Part shown: positions 28,196-37,622 of the stretch, in pieces
Position numbering within the stretch: position 1 is the stretch's first letter
How the letters are laid out: the number at the start of each line of letters is the position of its first letter
Origin: an uncultured virus (IMG/VR IMGVR_UViG_3300028553_000021)
Taxonomy: Duplodnaviria > Heunggongvirae > Uroviricota > Caudoviricetes
Direction: 5' to 3' (one strand)
IMG/VR virus record: IMGVR_UViG_3300028553_000021
DNA: 64,000 nt
The notes under the pieces: model-generated
What the model was told of the DNA's origin: nothing
The model's input: only the letters and a program-made list of their open reading frames with translations
Database searches by the model: none
Program-made: the position numbers and the translations under genes

Positions 28196-28379
28196 GATAT
28201 CTGAATACTTGCTTCTTGCCGGGCTTGGCAGTTGCTTTCTTCTTACCCCAATCAATAGACTGATAGTTCTTATAGAACCGATCAGACATGTTGCGAGGCG
28301 AGTCGCCTTTACCATTTTGCATATCTTCAAATGTAACATCGCCTCGTTGCCGAAGCGAGTCATAACTAATATCACTCAT
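28179..28379 (-). CDS. Hypothetical protein ('GKGDSPRN...NYQSIDW' family)
   Basis: Coupled to the upstream gene; motif common in small phage proteins. Confidence 0.65.
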   Translation of the reverse strand: MSDISYDSLRQRGDVTFEDMQNGKGDSPRNMSDRFYKNYQSIDWGKKKATAKPGKKQVFRYPSPKG

Positions 28380-28825
28380 GGGTTGAATAGATCTTTCTCG
28401 ATAAGGGCCTTAAGTTTTTCTGACTGGGAGTCGTAGATCTTGGGTCCCTCGGTTGAGAACCGACTGTTCATGCTTCCGATACAAGCCTCACATCTGTCTT
28501 CGTAAGGTACCTGTATGTAGATAGTCTCATTGAACAATGAGTTGGTGGAACCCTCAAACGTGGATAGTTGACCTAGGATTTCTCCAGAGGTAGACACCAC
28601 GACTGGCCCGTCGAGTTGCCAATCGGCATTCTCTCTGACAGAACTCAGCAGAGAGTCCGTTGAGAAGTCTCCCGTCAGCGTACCTGACTCATTACTAACC
28701 GAATCAATCAGGGTAGGATTGTTGTTAAGTATCCCGAGGTAACCCTCTTCATCTTGAGCCATAACGCACGGCGTTATAGCCAACGCAATACCCATCACGA
28801 TTAATCTGCTTCCTGTATTGTCCAT
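28376..28825 (-). CDS. Exported acidic protein with signal peptide
   Basis: Hydrophobic leader ending VMA-Q; GGAG RBS. Confidence 0.65.
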   Translation of the reverse strand: MDNTGSRLIVMGIALAITPCVMAQDEEGYLGILNNNPTLIDSVSNESGTLTGDFSTDSLLSSVRENADWQLDGPVVVSTSGEILGQLSTFEGSTNSLFNETIYIQVPYEDRCEACIGSMNSRFSTEGPKIYDSQSEKLKALIEKDLFNP

Positions 28826-29106
28826 TCAGTCTCCTCTCCTATATCACTCTCAAACTCCTCGAATTTATTATAAGCGTATTCGAGTAGGTTGAGGGCTTGA
28901 TTAAACTTAACATCGGGGCGTTCGTCTTCGAACAGAATTCCCCCAGCCGAATCAACTATCGAAGGAATGAGACAGAGTTCTTTCTCCATGTCTTGAATGA
29001 CTGGGATGATGACCTCTTGGTTGAACTTCTCCTCCCTTTCGATTGCTTGTTTCTTCACCGCCTTGACACACATCAAGGCGAAAGCGAGAGCATCAGCAGT
29101 TGTCAC
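28801..29106 (-). CDS. Hypothetical early protein
   Basis: Tightly packed in the - strand operon. Confidence 0.6.
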   Translation of the reverse strand: MTTADALAFALMCVKAVKKQAIEREEKFNQEVIIPVIQDMEKELCLIPSIVDSAGGILFEDERPDVKFNQALNLLEYAYNKFEEFESDIGEETEWTIQEAD

Positions 29107-29294
29107 GCCTTGGCCTCCCGCATGATTGCCTCGTGAACCTCGGTTGCCAACGGAGCCTGCATGGCTTCCATCAACGAGGTCGGAGCATCATACTCCATGT
29201 CGACCACCATATTGCCTCGAACCGTTCCGGTATAGGGAACGATGTACGAGTCGTCGGCGTAGACAAACAGTAACTCACCTTTGATTTCTTTCAT
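29103..29294 (-). CDS. Hypothetical early protein
   Basis: Operon packing, purine-rich RBS. Confidence 0.6.
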   Translation of the reverse strand: MKEIKGELLFVYADDSYIVPYTGTVRGNMVVDMEYDAPTSLMEAMQAPLATEVHEAIMREAKA

Positions 29295-29448
29295 TACCTT
29301 TTCTTCCTTTCTGGTTTAGTTCCGAGAGTAACCGGTCCGCTTGGATCACGGCATATCTCTCATCAGCACGAGACTCGGACGGAGCCGCATGCATCGCCGC
29401 AAATATAAGGGTGGCGACTAAGTCCCTCTTCGACATTTCTTCTTCCAT
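29275..29448 (-). CDS. Hypothetical early protein (57 aa)
   Basis: Manual translation MEEEMSKRDLVATLIFAAMHAAPSES...; fills the gap. Confidence 0.55.
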   Translation of the reverse strand: MEEEMSKRDLVATLIFAAMHAAPSESRADERYAVIQADRLLSELNQKGRKGNERNQR

Positions 29449-29450
29449 TA

Positions 29451-29693
29451 TTATTCCCCTACCAAAGTTCCCCGAGGACCGAGCTCAACCCACATGGGGA
29501 ACAACTCGCGTTGCTCGCCGGCGGGCCAAGGATGGGGAACGACAACAGCGTTGTGTTTGCTGGCGTCGGCTTGGGCTTGATCAAACTCCGTGTATCCACG
29601 AATGGTATCTGACTTCAAGCCATCGACTAAACCGACCCAAGTATCTTCGATGCTTAAGTAGTTCTTGTCTTCTGTCTTAACTGCGTATGTCAT
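29451..29693 (-). CDS. Hypothetical early protein
   Basis: GGGAG RBS. Confidence 0.6.
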   Translation of the reverse strand: MTYAVKTEDKNYLSIEDTWVGLVDGLKSDTIRGYTEFDQAQADASKHNAVVVPHPWPAGEQRELFPMWVELGPRGTLVGE

Positions 29694-29706
29694 AGGCTAA
29701 CTCCCT

Positions 29707-29892
29707 TCAGATTGTTTTAAGTATCTGTTGTACGTTTTCGATATGATCAATTGCTTGATCAAAGGTATGGCAAGGGCAAAGGCCCTCGGCATTCTCATCG
29801 TCACAGGGATTGGCATCGCTATCGCGCAAGTCCCGCAACTCGTCGGCCATAGCTTCTAGCTTGGCGATGAATGCTTTGATTGGTTTCTTCAT
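29707..29892 (-). CDS. Hypothetical early protein
   Basis: AAGAAAGGA RBS. Confidence 0.6.
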   Translation of the reverse strand: MKKPIKAFIAKLEAMADELRDLRDSDANPCDDENAEGLCPCHTFDQAIDHIENVQQILKTI

Positions 29893-29909
29893 TTAGTTTC
29901 CTTTCTTAT

Positions 29910-30185
29910 TTATAATACCGACAGGTATTTCTTGAGAACCTTGAAGTCTGTCTCAGGAATTTCGTTCTCTTCTTCAGCTTGAATGGTGTTACCGTCTGAC
30001 CAATAACCCATTACGCTTTCGTCTCTTACGTCGTTTACGCTTCCGCCCCTCCAAGTTCTTGCGACTAAATCATTGTATTCAATGGGACACTTAGCCGTTT
30101 TGAACAGGTACTTGGTGTCGTATTCCAAGCTCCCATTGGTTTCTCTGATTGTGGCGATGTAGTATTTTGCTTTTGGTTTCTTCAT
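29910..30185 (-). CDS. Hypothetical early protein
   Basis: GAGGAGG RBS before MKKPKAKYY. Confidence 0.65.
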   Translation of the reverse strand: MKKPKAKYYIATIRETNGSLEYDTKYLFKTAKCPIEYNDLVARTWRGGSVNDVRDESVMGYWSDGNTIQAEEENEIPETDFKVLKKYLSVL

Positions 30186-30195
30186 TTTTGCCTCC

Positions 30196-30396
30196 TCATT
30201 TCTCCGTTTGTTTTGTATTCGTTGGGTTGAGGGCAAAGATGCTGTCGCGAACGTGGCTTAGACCAGCAATGTAGCCCTTGGCCCAACCCAGTTTTTCGCT
30301 TTGGTAGCAACTCCCCGCTCCCTCTGCGGCTTCTTGCAACCGAGTGAGGTCTTTCGCATATTTCTCAATGAGCGCTCTTCTTTCTTTTAAATTCAT
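30196..30396 (-). CDS. Hypothetical early protein
   Basis: GGAG RBS. Confidence 0.6.
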   Translation of the reverse strand: MNLKERRALIEKYAKDLTRLQEAAEGAGSCYQSEKLGWAKGYIAGLSHVRDSIFALNPTNTKQTEK

Positions 30397-30515
30397 AGTG
30401 TTGCTCCCTTCTTTTCAAAGCAGTCGTCGCAGAAGATGTCGAAGTCGATACTATTAATATCGCGCATCGTGCCGTACTCCTGTGACTTTTCGCATTCGTA
30501 GCATATGTCTTTCAT
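30393..30515 (-). CDS. 40-aa zinc-ribbon-like protein (CxxC..CxxC)
   Basis: MKDICYECEK...IFCDDCFEKKGATL; GGAG RBS; ATGA coupling on both sides. Confidence 0.6.
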   Translation of the reverse strand: MKDICYECEKSQEYGTMRDINSIDFDIFCDDCFEKKGATL

Positions 30516-30730
30516 AGTGTTGCTCCTGTCTTATGGTCGTTGACCATACTGTTGAGTAAGCCAATCACCTTGGCCTCGAAGGTGTCGATGAATTCACCGC
30601 TCACCCTGGATGGTGGAGCTTTCAATGGGGCGATGCCCATCTCCATCCTCGTCTTGTTACGCTCCTTGAACTTAGCACTAGCCAAGTCCAACGCCGATCG
30701 TTTGACCGCCGCTTTGTTGAGAAGGCTCAT
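30512..30730 (-). CDS. Small basic protein (MSLLNKAAVKR..RVSGEFID..GATL)
   Basis: Operon packing; loosely histone-fold-like (inference). Confidence 0.6.
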   Translation of the reverse strand: MSLLNKAAVKRSALDLASAKFKERNKTRMEMGIAPLKAPPSRVSGEFIDTFEAKVIGLLNSMVNDHKTGATL

Positions 30731-30984
30731 TTGGTTTTTGACCAAGTAAAGAACGGAGGAATCCTCTTGTCGAGGAACTCGCAATGTTCTTTTGGAGACA
30801 TCTTCTTGTGTTTCTTTATGAACTCCTTATCGTTCTTGTTGTAGTCCAAGATGAAGGCCATCTTGTGTATCCGAAGGCAAGTGAAGAAGTTATCCAAGTC
30901 GTGCTTCTCCATCAGCTCGAAGACTTCTTTTCGGAACTCTCTGATCAGTTTATCTTTTCTGTCTAGTTTCTTTATCTGTTTCAT
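30727..30984 (-). CDS. Hypothetical basic protein
   Basis: GAAAGGA RBS. Confidence 0.55.
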   Translation of the reverse strand: MKQIKKLDRKDKLIREFRKEVFELMEKHDLDNFFTCLRIHKMAFILDYNKNDKEFIKKHKKMSPKEHCEFLDKRIPPFFTWSKTK

Positions 30985-31586
30985 GCTGTTATCCTTTCTG
31001 TTTGTAAGGCTCCCCATTGGGAAGCCATTGCTTTTGCTATACCGTCGAAGGTCTTTGCTCTGTTCTTCTGTCTGTCCTTACCGCCCTTGTTGAACCAGTT
31101 GCCAGGAATCTTGCTACTCTGCGGGTTCTTAACAACCCGTGTCGATCTCAATGGTGGTAGACCCTTGAGCCATAGGCACGTTCGCTTCTGCACGGGATGC
31201 CCGAACTCGTAGGGTTGAATAACTTGGGTGTTGGGTAGCAGGGCGAAGATTTTGGATGGCGTAGGATTCTCGATGGCAATCCTAGGAATGTCGGCATTCC
31301 ATAGTGTCATAAAGAACGCACGTCCTTCCATGCCCTGCTTAAATCTAGCCTTGTTCAGCTTGCCCTTTGGATACAGGAACCTAGCTCCTGCATTGGACAA
31401 GTAGGTGCAAGGGGGATGGGCAATCATTAAGTCCCATCCGTCGTCAAGCACATCTCTCACGTCCCCTTGGTAGTGGGGGCCGAGGGCATCCGTGGGTAAG
31501 ATGTCACAGCTCATAGCCTCGTGGCCTTGAGCAATGAAAGCATCACGGACTGTGCCGGAGTACTCGCATGCTACTAATACTTTCAT
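30981..31586 (-). CDS. DNA cytosine methyltransferase-like protein, paralogue 2
   Basis: 'VLVACEYSG', 'HPPCTYL' (motif IV) and 'IENP' (motif VI). Confidence 0.75.
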   Translation of the reverse strand: MKVLVACEYSGTVRDAFIAQGHEAMSCDILPTDALGPHYQGDVRDVLDDGWDLMIAHPPCTYLSNAGARFLYPKGKLNKARFKQGMEGRAFFMTLWNADIPRIAIENPTPSKIFALLPNTQVIQPYEFGHPVQKRTCLWLKGLPPLRSTRVVKNPQSSKIPGNWFNKGGKDRQKNRAKTFDGIAKAMASQWGALQTERITA

Positions 31587-31603
31587 ATGTTATCCTTTCT
31601 TTG

Positions 31604-32212
31604 TTAAGCTTCGACCAGTTCGAGAGAACCCCATTGTTTGGCCATAGCCTTGGCGATTCCCTTGAAGGTTGTACTGCGAACCTTCCAGCGATCTTTCCCC
31701 GGCGCTTGCCAATGAATCCGTTGCTGGACTGCGATGGGCAACGCATCAGTCTCGTCTTTGAGATCGGTAGTTGGCTTGAGCTTTGGCAATCCCTTGAGCC
31801 ACAAGCCAGTACCTTTCTTCTCTTTGTGGCCGAACATCCAAGGCTGGATGATCTGGTCGGGGCCACGGCCAACGATATCCTTGGCGTACTTGTGCATGAT
31901 AGGATTCTCGACGGCGATGTGGGGGATGTCGGCCTCAAGCAACTGCTTGAAGAACTCAGCACCAGCCCGCATCTTGTCGAACCTATCCTGCTGTTTGTAT
32001 AGCCAGCACACACCCGAGTTACACAGGTAGGTGCAGGGTGGATGGGCGACCATCAAGTCCCATCCATCATTGATGATATCGAACACACTACCTTGGTAGT
32101 GCGGTCCTTTCTTATCGGTCGGGAGAAGATCGCACGACATAGCGTCGTGTCCTCTTGCGATGAACGCATCCCGAACCGTACCAGAATACTCGCAAGCGAT
32201 AAGTACTTTCAT
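31604..32212 (-). CDS. DNA cytosine methyltransferase-like protein, paralogue 1
   Basis: Same motifs (PPC, ENP). Confidence 0.75.
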   Translation of the reverse strand: MKVLIACEYSGTVRDAFIARGHDAMSCDLLPTDKKGPHYQGSVFDIINDGWDLMVAHPPCTYLCNSGVCWLYKQQDRFDKMRAGAEFFKQLLEADIPHIAVENPIMHKYAKDIVGRGPDQIIQPWMFGHKEKKGTGLWLKGLPKLKPTTDLKDETDALPIAVQQRIHWQAPGKDRWKVRSTTFKGIAKAMAKQWGSLELVEA

Positions 32213-32214
32213 TA

Positions 32215-32931
32215 TTAGCTTCCTTTCTTATTCTTTTTGTTGTAACCCGTCCAGCCTAATTTTCTTAGGGCTGACAAGGCTTTCGATGCATAGCTCCCTG
32301 CGGGTTGTACACCGTGGATGAGAAGACCGAACGACTTGCCAGACTTGTAAGCGTGGCTGTCATCGTGATCGATCTCGAGTCCCTTGGTCTTCGCTTCCTC
32401 GTGACTGAACACAACCTCGGCAGACTTGAGATTGTGGGCATCGATCAACCAGTCGTGGATACCACCACGGCTAGCGTTGAGGGCGAAGTTCTTGGGTATC
32501 TCACCCAGCTTACTCACCCACAGATGCAGGCTCTTGGTGTAGGCATAGAAGGTACGCAACGGATTCTTCCGTGCGACTTCCATCCAAGCATCGAAGTAGG
32601 ACTCGTTGAAAAAGTCCCCGCTGACGTGGACACGGATGAGGTTGGCCTTCTTGGGAAGGCTAGCCTCGATCAGTTGTGTCATCTGCTCGGTCGTCTTGCC
32701 CTTCAACAACTCGAAGTTGAACCACCGTTGTTCACGGACGTTCTTGTATTGGACTTCGTCCGATGCGGCAAAGCATCTGAACTTGGTATCCAATCCATCT
32801 TGGATTCCGCTTCCGTGTCGACCAGCTCGGGACAAACAATCCTTCGCACCGGGGCAGGAGTAACCTGCGGGCAGACTGAAGGTAAAGATGTTGTTGCCAA
32901 GCTTGGCGTTACCTCTATTGAACTTAAGCAT
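32215..32931 (-). CDS. GP88-like (radical-SAM-like) protein
   Basis: 'FSLPAGYSCPGAKDC...CFA', 'RVHVSGDF', 'YAYTK'. Confidence 0.7.
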   Translation of the reverse strand: MLKFNRGNAKLGNNIFTFSLPAGYSCPGAKDCLSRAGRHGSGIQDGLDTKFRCFAASDEVQYKNVREQRWFNFELLKGKTTEQMTQLIEASLPKKANLIRVHVSGDFFNESYFDAWMEVARKNPLRTFYAYTKSLHLWVSKLGEIPKNFALNASRGGIHDWLIDAHNLKSAEVVFSHEEAKTKGLEIDHDDSHAYKSGKSFGLLIHGVQPAGSYASKALSALRKLGWTGYNKKNKKGS

Positions 32932-33349
32932 TGATGAGCCTTTCTTTCCATTGCTGGAATGTTGGGGGTGTGGTGTTCTCTGCGATACTTCGGATGACTT
33001 CCGCAACATACTGAACTGTACCTACATAGTCAGAGTAGACATCAAACGCCAAGCTACCGTCGGATAAGGCGGATGCTATTCTCCAGCTATTATCTCGGAA
33101 TGAGATGTCGGTGTGACACTTGCTTATCGCATCATAGGAGCCACCAGTATACTGGACTGGCTGCGAGGTCTTATATGTTAGACGAACAGATTTGGAGTCG
33201 TGTTGCCACCTTAACTGGCGGATAGTTATCTGTTTGTCTGGGAACTCATCGGTCACGGTTGAGGACGGGAGTACTTGGTCTAATACAATGTGATGGTTGA
33301 GGAGCTTCGCCAACGCTCCAGATTTAACGGCGATGGGTAATAGTTTCAT
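32924..33349 (-). CDS. Hypothetical protein
   Basis: GAAAGGA RBS. Confidence 0.6.
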   Translation of the reverse strand: MKLLPIAVKSGALAKLLNHHIVLDQVLPSSTVTDEFPDKQITIRQLRWQHDSKSVRLTYKTSQPVQYTGGSYDAISKCHTDISFRDNSWRIASALSDGSLAFDVYSDYVGTVQYVAEVIRSIAENTTPPTFQQWKERLINA

Positions 33350-33371
33350 TGGTTATTCCTTTCAAGAATAT

Positions 33372-33404
33372 GAACCCCGCCGTGGAGTTGCCACGACGGG
33401 GCTC
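33372..33404 (-). terminator. GC-rich hairpin downstream of rIIB
   Basis: CCCCGCCGTGG-agttg-CCACGACGGGG; weak U tract. Confidence 0.5.
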
Positions 33405-33412
33405 GGGTTATG

Positions 33413-34258
33413 TTATCGGTTAGCGAGGCTGGACAAGATGTTGCGGATACCCTCAAGGGCTTCCTCGATCTTGTCGTTGTTACTTACGGAGACGGAATCA
33501 CCGTCACCGTATTCATCTTCGTCATCGTACAGGTTTTCGTCGTTAGCAATGGTATTCCGAAGAGCACCATTGAATTCGTCGACCACCTCGTACTGACAGG
33601 TGCGAAGCTTCTGGCATTCGCAATCCGTCGGGACGCTGACGACATCGGCGGGGTTGATCTTGACGATCACGATCTTCTTGTCCCCACCACCGAAGTCTTG
33701 GGCATACTCCAACGAACCAGCGTGGAAGCCGTAAGAGCATCCATTGTTGGCGTCGTCGCATACCTTGCGTCGCTCCATCCGTAGGGTTGAGCCTACTCGG
33801 TTGGAGAACTTGCCCGTGTGATGATCAGTGTAGTCAGCACGGACGGACTTGTATGCCAAGAAGCACCCGTCTGGGGTGACTGGCATACTGCCGTGGGCAA
33901 GGAATGTGTACAGCTCGGTGCGGGCACGACGGCTGTCGTTCCGCTCCAAGTTCTCGAAGAACCGCAGCAACGGGTCGAGTGGCAATCCGTTGCGATGGCA
34001 TTCGAGGATACGCTGAACAAGTACGCCGTGTACTTCTTCGCCGTTGTACTTCACCGAGTTCTCGCCAACCTCAAACGCACCGCCAAGATACTTGGTCAAT
34101 GCGACTCGAGGGTTAAGCAAGTCTACAATCTCCGCCTCGGAAGCACCATCTCGGATTGCGTCCAAGACTGCGTTGTAGTTTCCGTGGGTGGAGGAGAGGG
34201 TGTACGATTGGCCATTGCTGACCACCGTGATACCCTCGGGTGTGATGATGTAGTTCAT
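33413..34258 (-). CDS. rIIB: RIIB-like protein
   Basis: 'TPDGCFLAYK', 'CSYGFHAGS', 'VKINPADVVSVP..KLRTCQYEV'; follows rIIA. Confidence 0.9.
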   Translation of the reverse strand: MNYIITPEGITVVSNGQSYTLSSTHGNYNAVLDAIRDGASEAEIVDLLNPRVALTKYLGGAFEVGENSVKYNGEEVHGVLVQRILECHRNGLPLDPLLRFFENLERNDSRRARTELYTFLAHGSMPVTPDGCFLAYKSVRADYTDHHTGKFSNRVGSTLRMERRKVCDDANNGCSYGFHAGSLEYAQDFGGGDKKIVIVKINPADVVSVPTDCECQKLRTCQYEVVDEFNGALRNTIANDENLYDDEDEYGDGDSVSVSNNDKIEEALEGIRNILSSLANR

Positions 34259-34280
34259 TGTCTATCTTTCCTTTCTTTGT

Positions 34281-36533
34281 TTATGGTTTCTGAATGATCC
34301 CCAAATAGGAGACCAAATCTTTCGTGGATGAAGCCTTATATTTCTTGAGCCACTCTGAATCACTGTGCCATTTCTCTCGCTGGAGACGAGTCCAACGAAC
34401 CATCGGCCAGCCTCGGAGCAAGACATCGGAGTGATGCTTGACTACGAGATCGTCGTCTGGTTTGAATGACTCGAGTGTCTTGCCAGTCATAAGCTCCTTC
34501 AAATCATAACTCTCGTGTTGCTGGATGAGATGAGCTAAGCTGATGACTTGGCTGGTGTACTTGAAGCCCAACAACTCAACCATTCTCTTGGCTGGGTGCT
34601 GGTCTGGAAGATTGGATTCTCGAATTGCTTTGGGCAAGTCGCCACTCTTCCAGTTGTCGGCGTCCAAGCAAGCATAAGCATCAAAGATGTTACGCTGTTC
34701 GGTATCGCACAAGTCAAACTCGAGCCGACGCCAGACCAGTTCGCCCAAGGCTTGATTGTCCTTGAACATGCGGGTCATAGCATCTCGGAGTCCAACCGCA
34801 AAGAGAACACCGTCCTCGGGTATCTCCTCGCCCTTCTTCTTGGCGAGTAGCCTGCCCTTGAACAACTTGGCTTGAGTCAACTCCTGCACCAGTTTCTTGA
34901 GGTTGCTGTTGCTGGTGCGACTGACACCTACTGGTTCGAACTTCTCAATCTCAATCCACCAATCATCTTCGGTGTACTCCCCATCGATTAGCTTCCAATG
35001 ATCAGACTGCTTGCTGGTATGTCTAGCCAAGTCCATATCCAACTCGAACACCTTACCCTTGGTGTGCTTGGCGTTCTTGTCGTAGGACTGAGCACCGCCG
35101 ACCGTATTGGAAGGAGGCTCGGGTAATGTGTTGTAATCCACATACTTGATCTTGGCTAGCTCCGTGTGGGTCTTGCACAGATCATCCCAATTCTTCTTGG
35201 TCGTGATGACATAGACAGTTGCGTTCTCCTTGATGTGATCGTTGGCATACGCATACTTGAGTCTGCCAGTACGGAAGTGTTTCTTGTCGGGGACAAGGAA
35301 CACTTGCACATATCGATTGACCATAATCGAGTGCGGCGATTCCTGGCGGAGTCTGTTCTTCCCCCAGTTACGCCACCCGCACATCGTCACGGACAGGTCG
35401 GGGTGTACAACATTCGACCCGTCGACTATGACCATCGGCAGTTGGATGACGCCGTCCACCTTCTGACCTTTCCATAGCACCTTGTTCTTGATCTTCTTGA
35501 GCAGGTTCTCCATTCCAGAATTGGAAGTGTAGTGCCGACTCTTGAAGATGTTGGATTCGACGCAAGCATCCCACCAAGTCGGTGCGTTCTGAATGCGTTG
35601 CTCAACGACCTGTGCCAAGCTGTCGATCACCTTCTTAACCTCGGCGGTCAATCGCTTGACGGTCATTGGCGTGTACATCAGAGCCTCACGACTCGGAGCA
35701 ACTTGCAGTCCCCCAACCTCGATCTCGAGGGTGATGCCCAGACTGCTGGCAACCGCCAGCTCATCGGGCAACTTGAAGGAGTTGAAGTTGATTGGATACT
35801 CGACATCGCCCATCACCACAAAAGAATTGGTATTCTCATTGGGGTCTGTAATCCGCCAGTTGTCCTCCATTAAGACGACAGCTTGCGGCACGTTGTTGAT
35901 GCGGAGATGTTCGTCGGGTGTTGCATTGCTCACCGTGGGTTTAACACGGAAGACATTGAACACTTCGACTGCGGTGCTTCTGAATCGGTCGATGTCGTTG
36001 GCCTTGACGGGCAACTTGACCTCGACGCCATTGGGTTCGTCCGTCTCGGACTCCTCCAAGATATCGAAGGCTGGCACACCGAACTCATCTTTGAAGCATA
36101 CCAACACCCACTTCCTACCACCCTTGATGCAGGTGATAGTCCATTGGTCGGTATAGGCTGCGGGTGCTTTGCACCCCAGCCCGAAGCCACCAGTATACTC
36201 ATTGCTGGTAGATTTGTATTCACCAGACGAGCCGTAGCTTGCCATCAGCTTGCCGAACTCGTCGATGTTTAAGCCTAGTCCCTCATCCTTGATAATGAAG
36301 GTCGGCCCAGAAGTGCTTGGAAATGTCACCTTGATTGGCGACTTGTTTCCGCTTGCCTTGTGGGACTCGTTGGCGTTCACGGACAGCTCTCTTATAACCG
36401 CCTTGATTGGGTCTGCATACAGACCCGACAAGATGCCCATTATGTGGGCTCGGTTTGCCAGATTGACTGTGAACTGTGCCCTCTTGCCCAGAGTCTTGGC
36501 CACAGGGTTGAACCTTGACTGCGTTGTGATCAT
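34281..36533 (-). CDS. rIIA: RIIA-like protein with N-terminal GHKL ATPase
   Basis: 'LYADPIKAVIRELSVNA', 'DEGLGL', 'GGFGLGCK', 'PSREAL'. Confidence 0.9.
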   Translation of the reverse strand: MITTQSRFNPVAKTLGKRAQFTVNLANRAHIMGILSGLYADPIKAVIRELSVNANESHKASGNKSPIKVTFPSTSGPTFIIKDEGLGLNIDEFGKLMASYGSSGEYKSTSNEYTGGFGLGCKAPAAYTDQWTITCIKGGRKWVLVCFKDEFGVPAFDILEESETDEPNGVEVKLPVKANDIDRFRSTAVEVFNVFRVKPTVSNATPDEHLRINNVPQAVVLMEDNWRITDPNENTNSFVVMGDVEYPINFNSFKLPDELAVASSLGITLEIEVGGLQVAPSREALMYTPMTVKRLTAEVKKVIDSLAQVVEQRIQNAPTWWDACVESNIFKSRHYTSNSGMENLLKKIKNKVLWKGQKVDGVIQLPMVIVDGSNVVHPDLSVTMCGWRNWGKNRLRQESPHSIMVNRYVQVFLVPDKKHFRTGRLKYAYANDHIKENATVYVITTKKNWDDLCKTHTELAKIKYVDYNTLPEPPSNTVGGAQSYDKNAKHTKGKVFELDMDLARHTSKQSDHWKLIDGEYTEDDWWIEIEKFEPVGVSRTSNSNLKKLVQELTQAKLFKGRLLAKKKGEEIPEDGVLFAVGLRDAMTRMFKDNQALGELVWRRLEFDLCDTEQRNIFDAYACLDADNWKSGDLPKAIRESNLPDQHPAKRMVELLGFKYTSQVISLAHLIQQHESYDLKELMTGKTLESFKPDDDLVVKHHSDVLLRGWPMVRWTRLQREKWHSDSEWLKKYKASSTKDLVSYLGIIQKP

Positions 36534-36735
36534 TCACTTTCTCCTTTCTTGTTAGGGTTACATTCCATATCGATACCGAGTCGGGGTCTCCGAACCCGAT
36601 CAGATGATTCTTGAGGGGTTCAGCTTCTTCGATTCTCGTGAACAAATAGTTACACGCAAGCACATTGTCCTTATCGAACAAGGCATACGCATCCCATTTC
36701 CTCACGGCATCGTGTACTTTTACTCCCTTACTCAT
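36283..36735 (-). CDS. Hypothetical protein whose 3' end overlaps rIIA
   Basis: ATGA-coupled start fills the 36533-36735 gap; the long overlap is suspicious. Confidence 0.35.
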   Translation of the reverse strand: MSKGVKVHDAVRKWDAYALFDKDNVLACNYLFTRIEEAEPLKNHLIGFGDPDSVSIWNVTLTRKEKVNDHNAVKVQPCGQDSGQEGTVHSQSGKPSPHNGHLVGSVCRPNQGGYKRAVRERQRVPQGKRKQVANQGDISKHFWADLHYQG

Positions 36736-37052
36736 CCGAGTGTCGGGATTAAGCTGGATAAGAACTTGGGGAAGGACTTCTCCACCTTGCACCCGCTCAC
36801 CAAGGATTCTGCATCGTGGATACCACGAGCCTTCAATTCCCCGATCAGCTTGGTCACGGAGATGTCAGACCTCGAGCCTTGGCTGGCCGTGATCTGCCAC
36901 TTGAGACCTTGGAAGTGTGTCACTCCCTGCTTCTCGAGTGCCGTCTTGAACACGGGCATGATGCTCTCTCGGAGCTTGTCCGCATTCAACTTGGTCTGGT
37001 TGTACTCGCCGAACAAGTCCACTTGTTCTGCTGTGTATATTAGTTTGCTCAT
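36732..37052 (-). CDS. Hypothetical early protein
   Basis: AAGGAGG RBS. Confidence 0.7.
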   Translation of the reverse strand: MSKLIYTAEQVDLFGEYNQTKLNADKLRESIMPVFKTALEKQGVTHFQGLKWQITASQGSRSDISVTKLIGELKARGIHDAESLVSGCKVEKSFPKFLSSLIPTLG

Positions 37053-37104
37053 ATGTTCCTCCTTTTATTGGTTGGTGTACCCCACCTAACGGCGGGGAAA
37101 TCTG

Positions 37105-37374
37105 TTAGCCCATAGCTTCTTCAGCTCGACGAGACGCCACTTCACTAATGGCCTCCTCCGCGGCGAGTTTGATATCTTCGGGGATAACCCCGTCGAAGTC
37201 GCACACCATAAGGTTATTGATCTCGACATCTTGGGTCACATACGACTCGTAGTGCTCGTGGTATCCGACTGGCCCGATGTCCTCCTTCTCAAGAGTGACG
37301 ACGACATCAGCGGTTACACAATACTCTTGGCCGTTATGTTTGAACTCTGTCTCTACATCGGTCTCCCAAGTCAT
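37105..37374 (-). CDS. Acidic hypothetical protein
   Basis: Very D/E-rich; coupled start. Confidence 0.65.
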   Translation of the reverse strand: MTWETDVETEFKHNGQEYCVTADVVVTLEKEDIGPVGYHEHYESYVTQDVEINNLMVCDFDGVIPEDIKLAAEEAISEVASRRAEEAMG

Positions 37375-37622
37375 ATTTCAAACTCCATTTGCTGGGCTAC
37401 TGGTTCAATCTGATAGCCATATGCCCAGTTGCCAGACGCTAGGTCGAACACGCAACCACTCTTCTCGGCCACGGGTATGGACTCCACGGGGTCTCCATAC
37501 TTGCCGCCGTCGGGGCACTTGTCGATGTTCACTACCTTGGTCTGCTTCCAGCCATCAGTTCCGAACGAACCCCGCCACCAGACGAGGTCACCTTTTTGGA
37601 TTGTCATTGGTTTGAGTGTCAT
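37371..37622 (-). CDS. Hypothetical protein
   Basis: GGAGG RBS before MTLKPM. Confidence 0.6.
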   Translation of the reverse strand: MTLKPMTIQKGDLVWWRGSFGTDGWKQTKVVNIDKCPDGGKYGDPVESIPVAEKSGCVFDLASGNWAYGYQIEPVAQQMEFEI

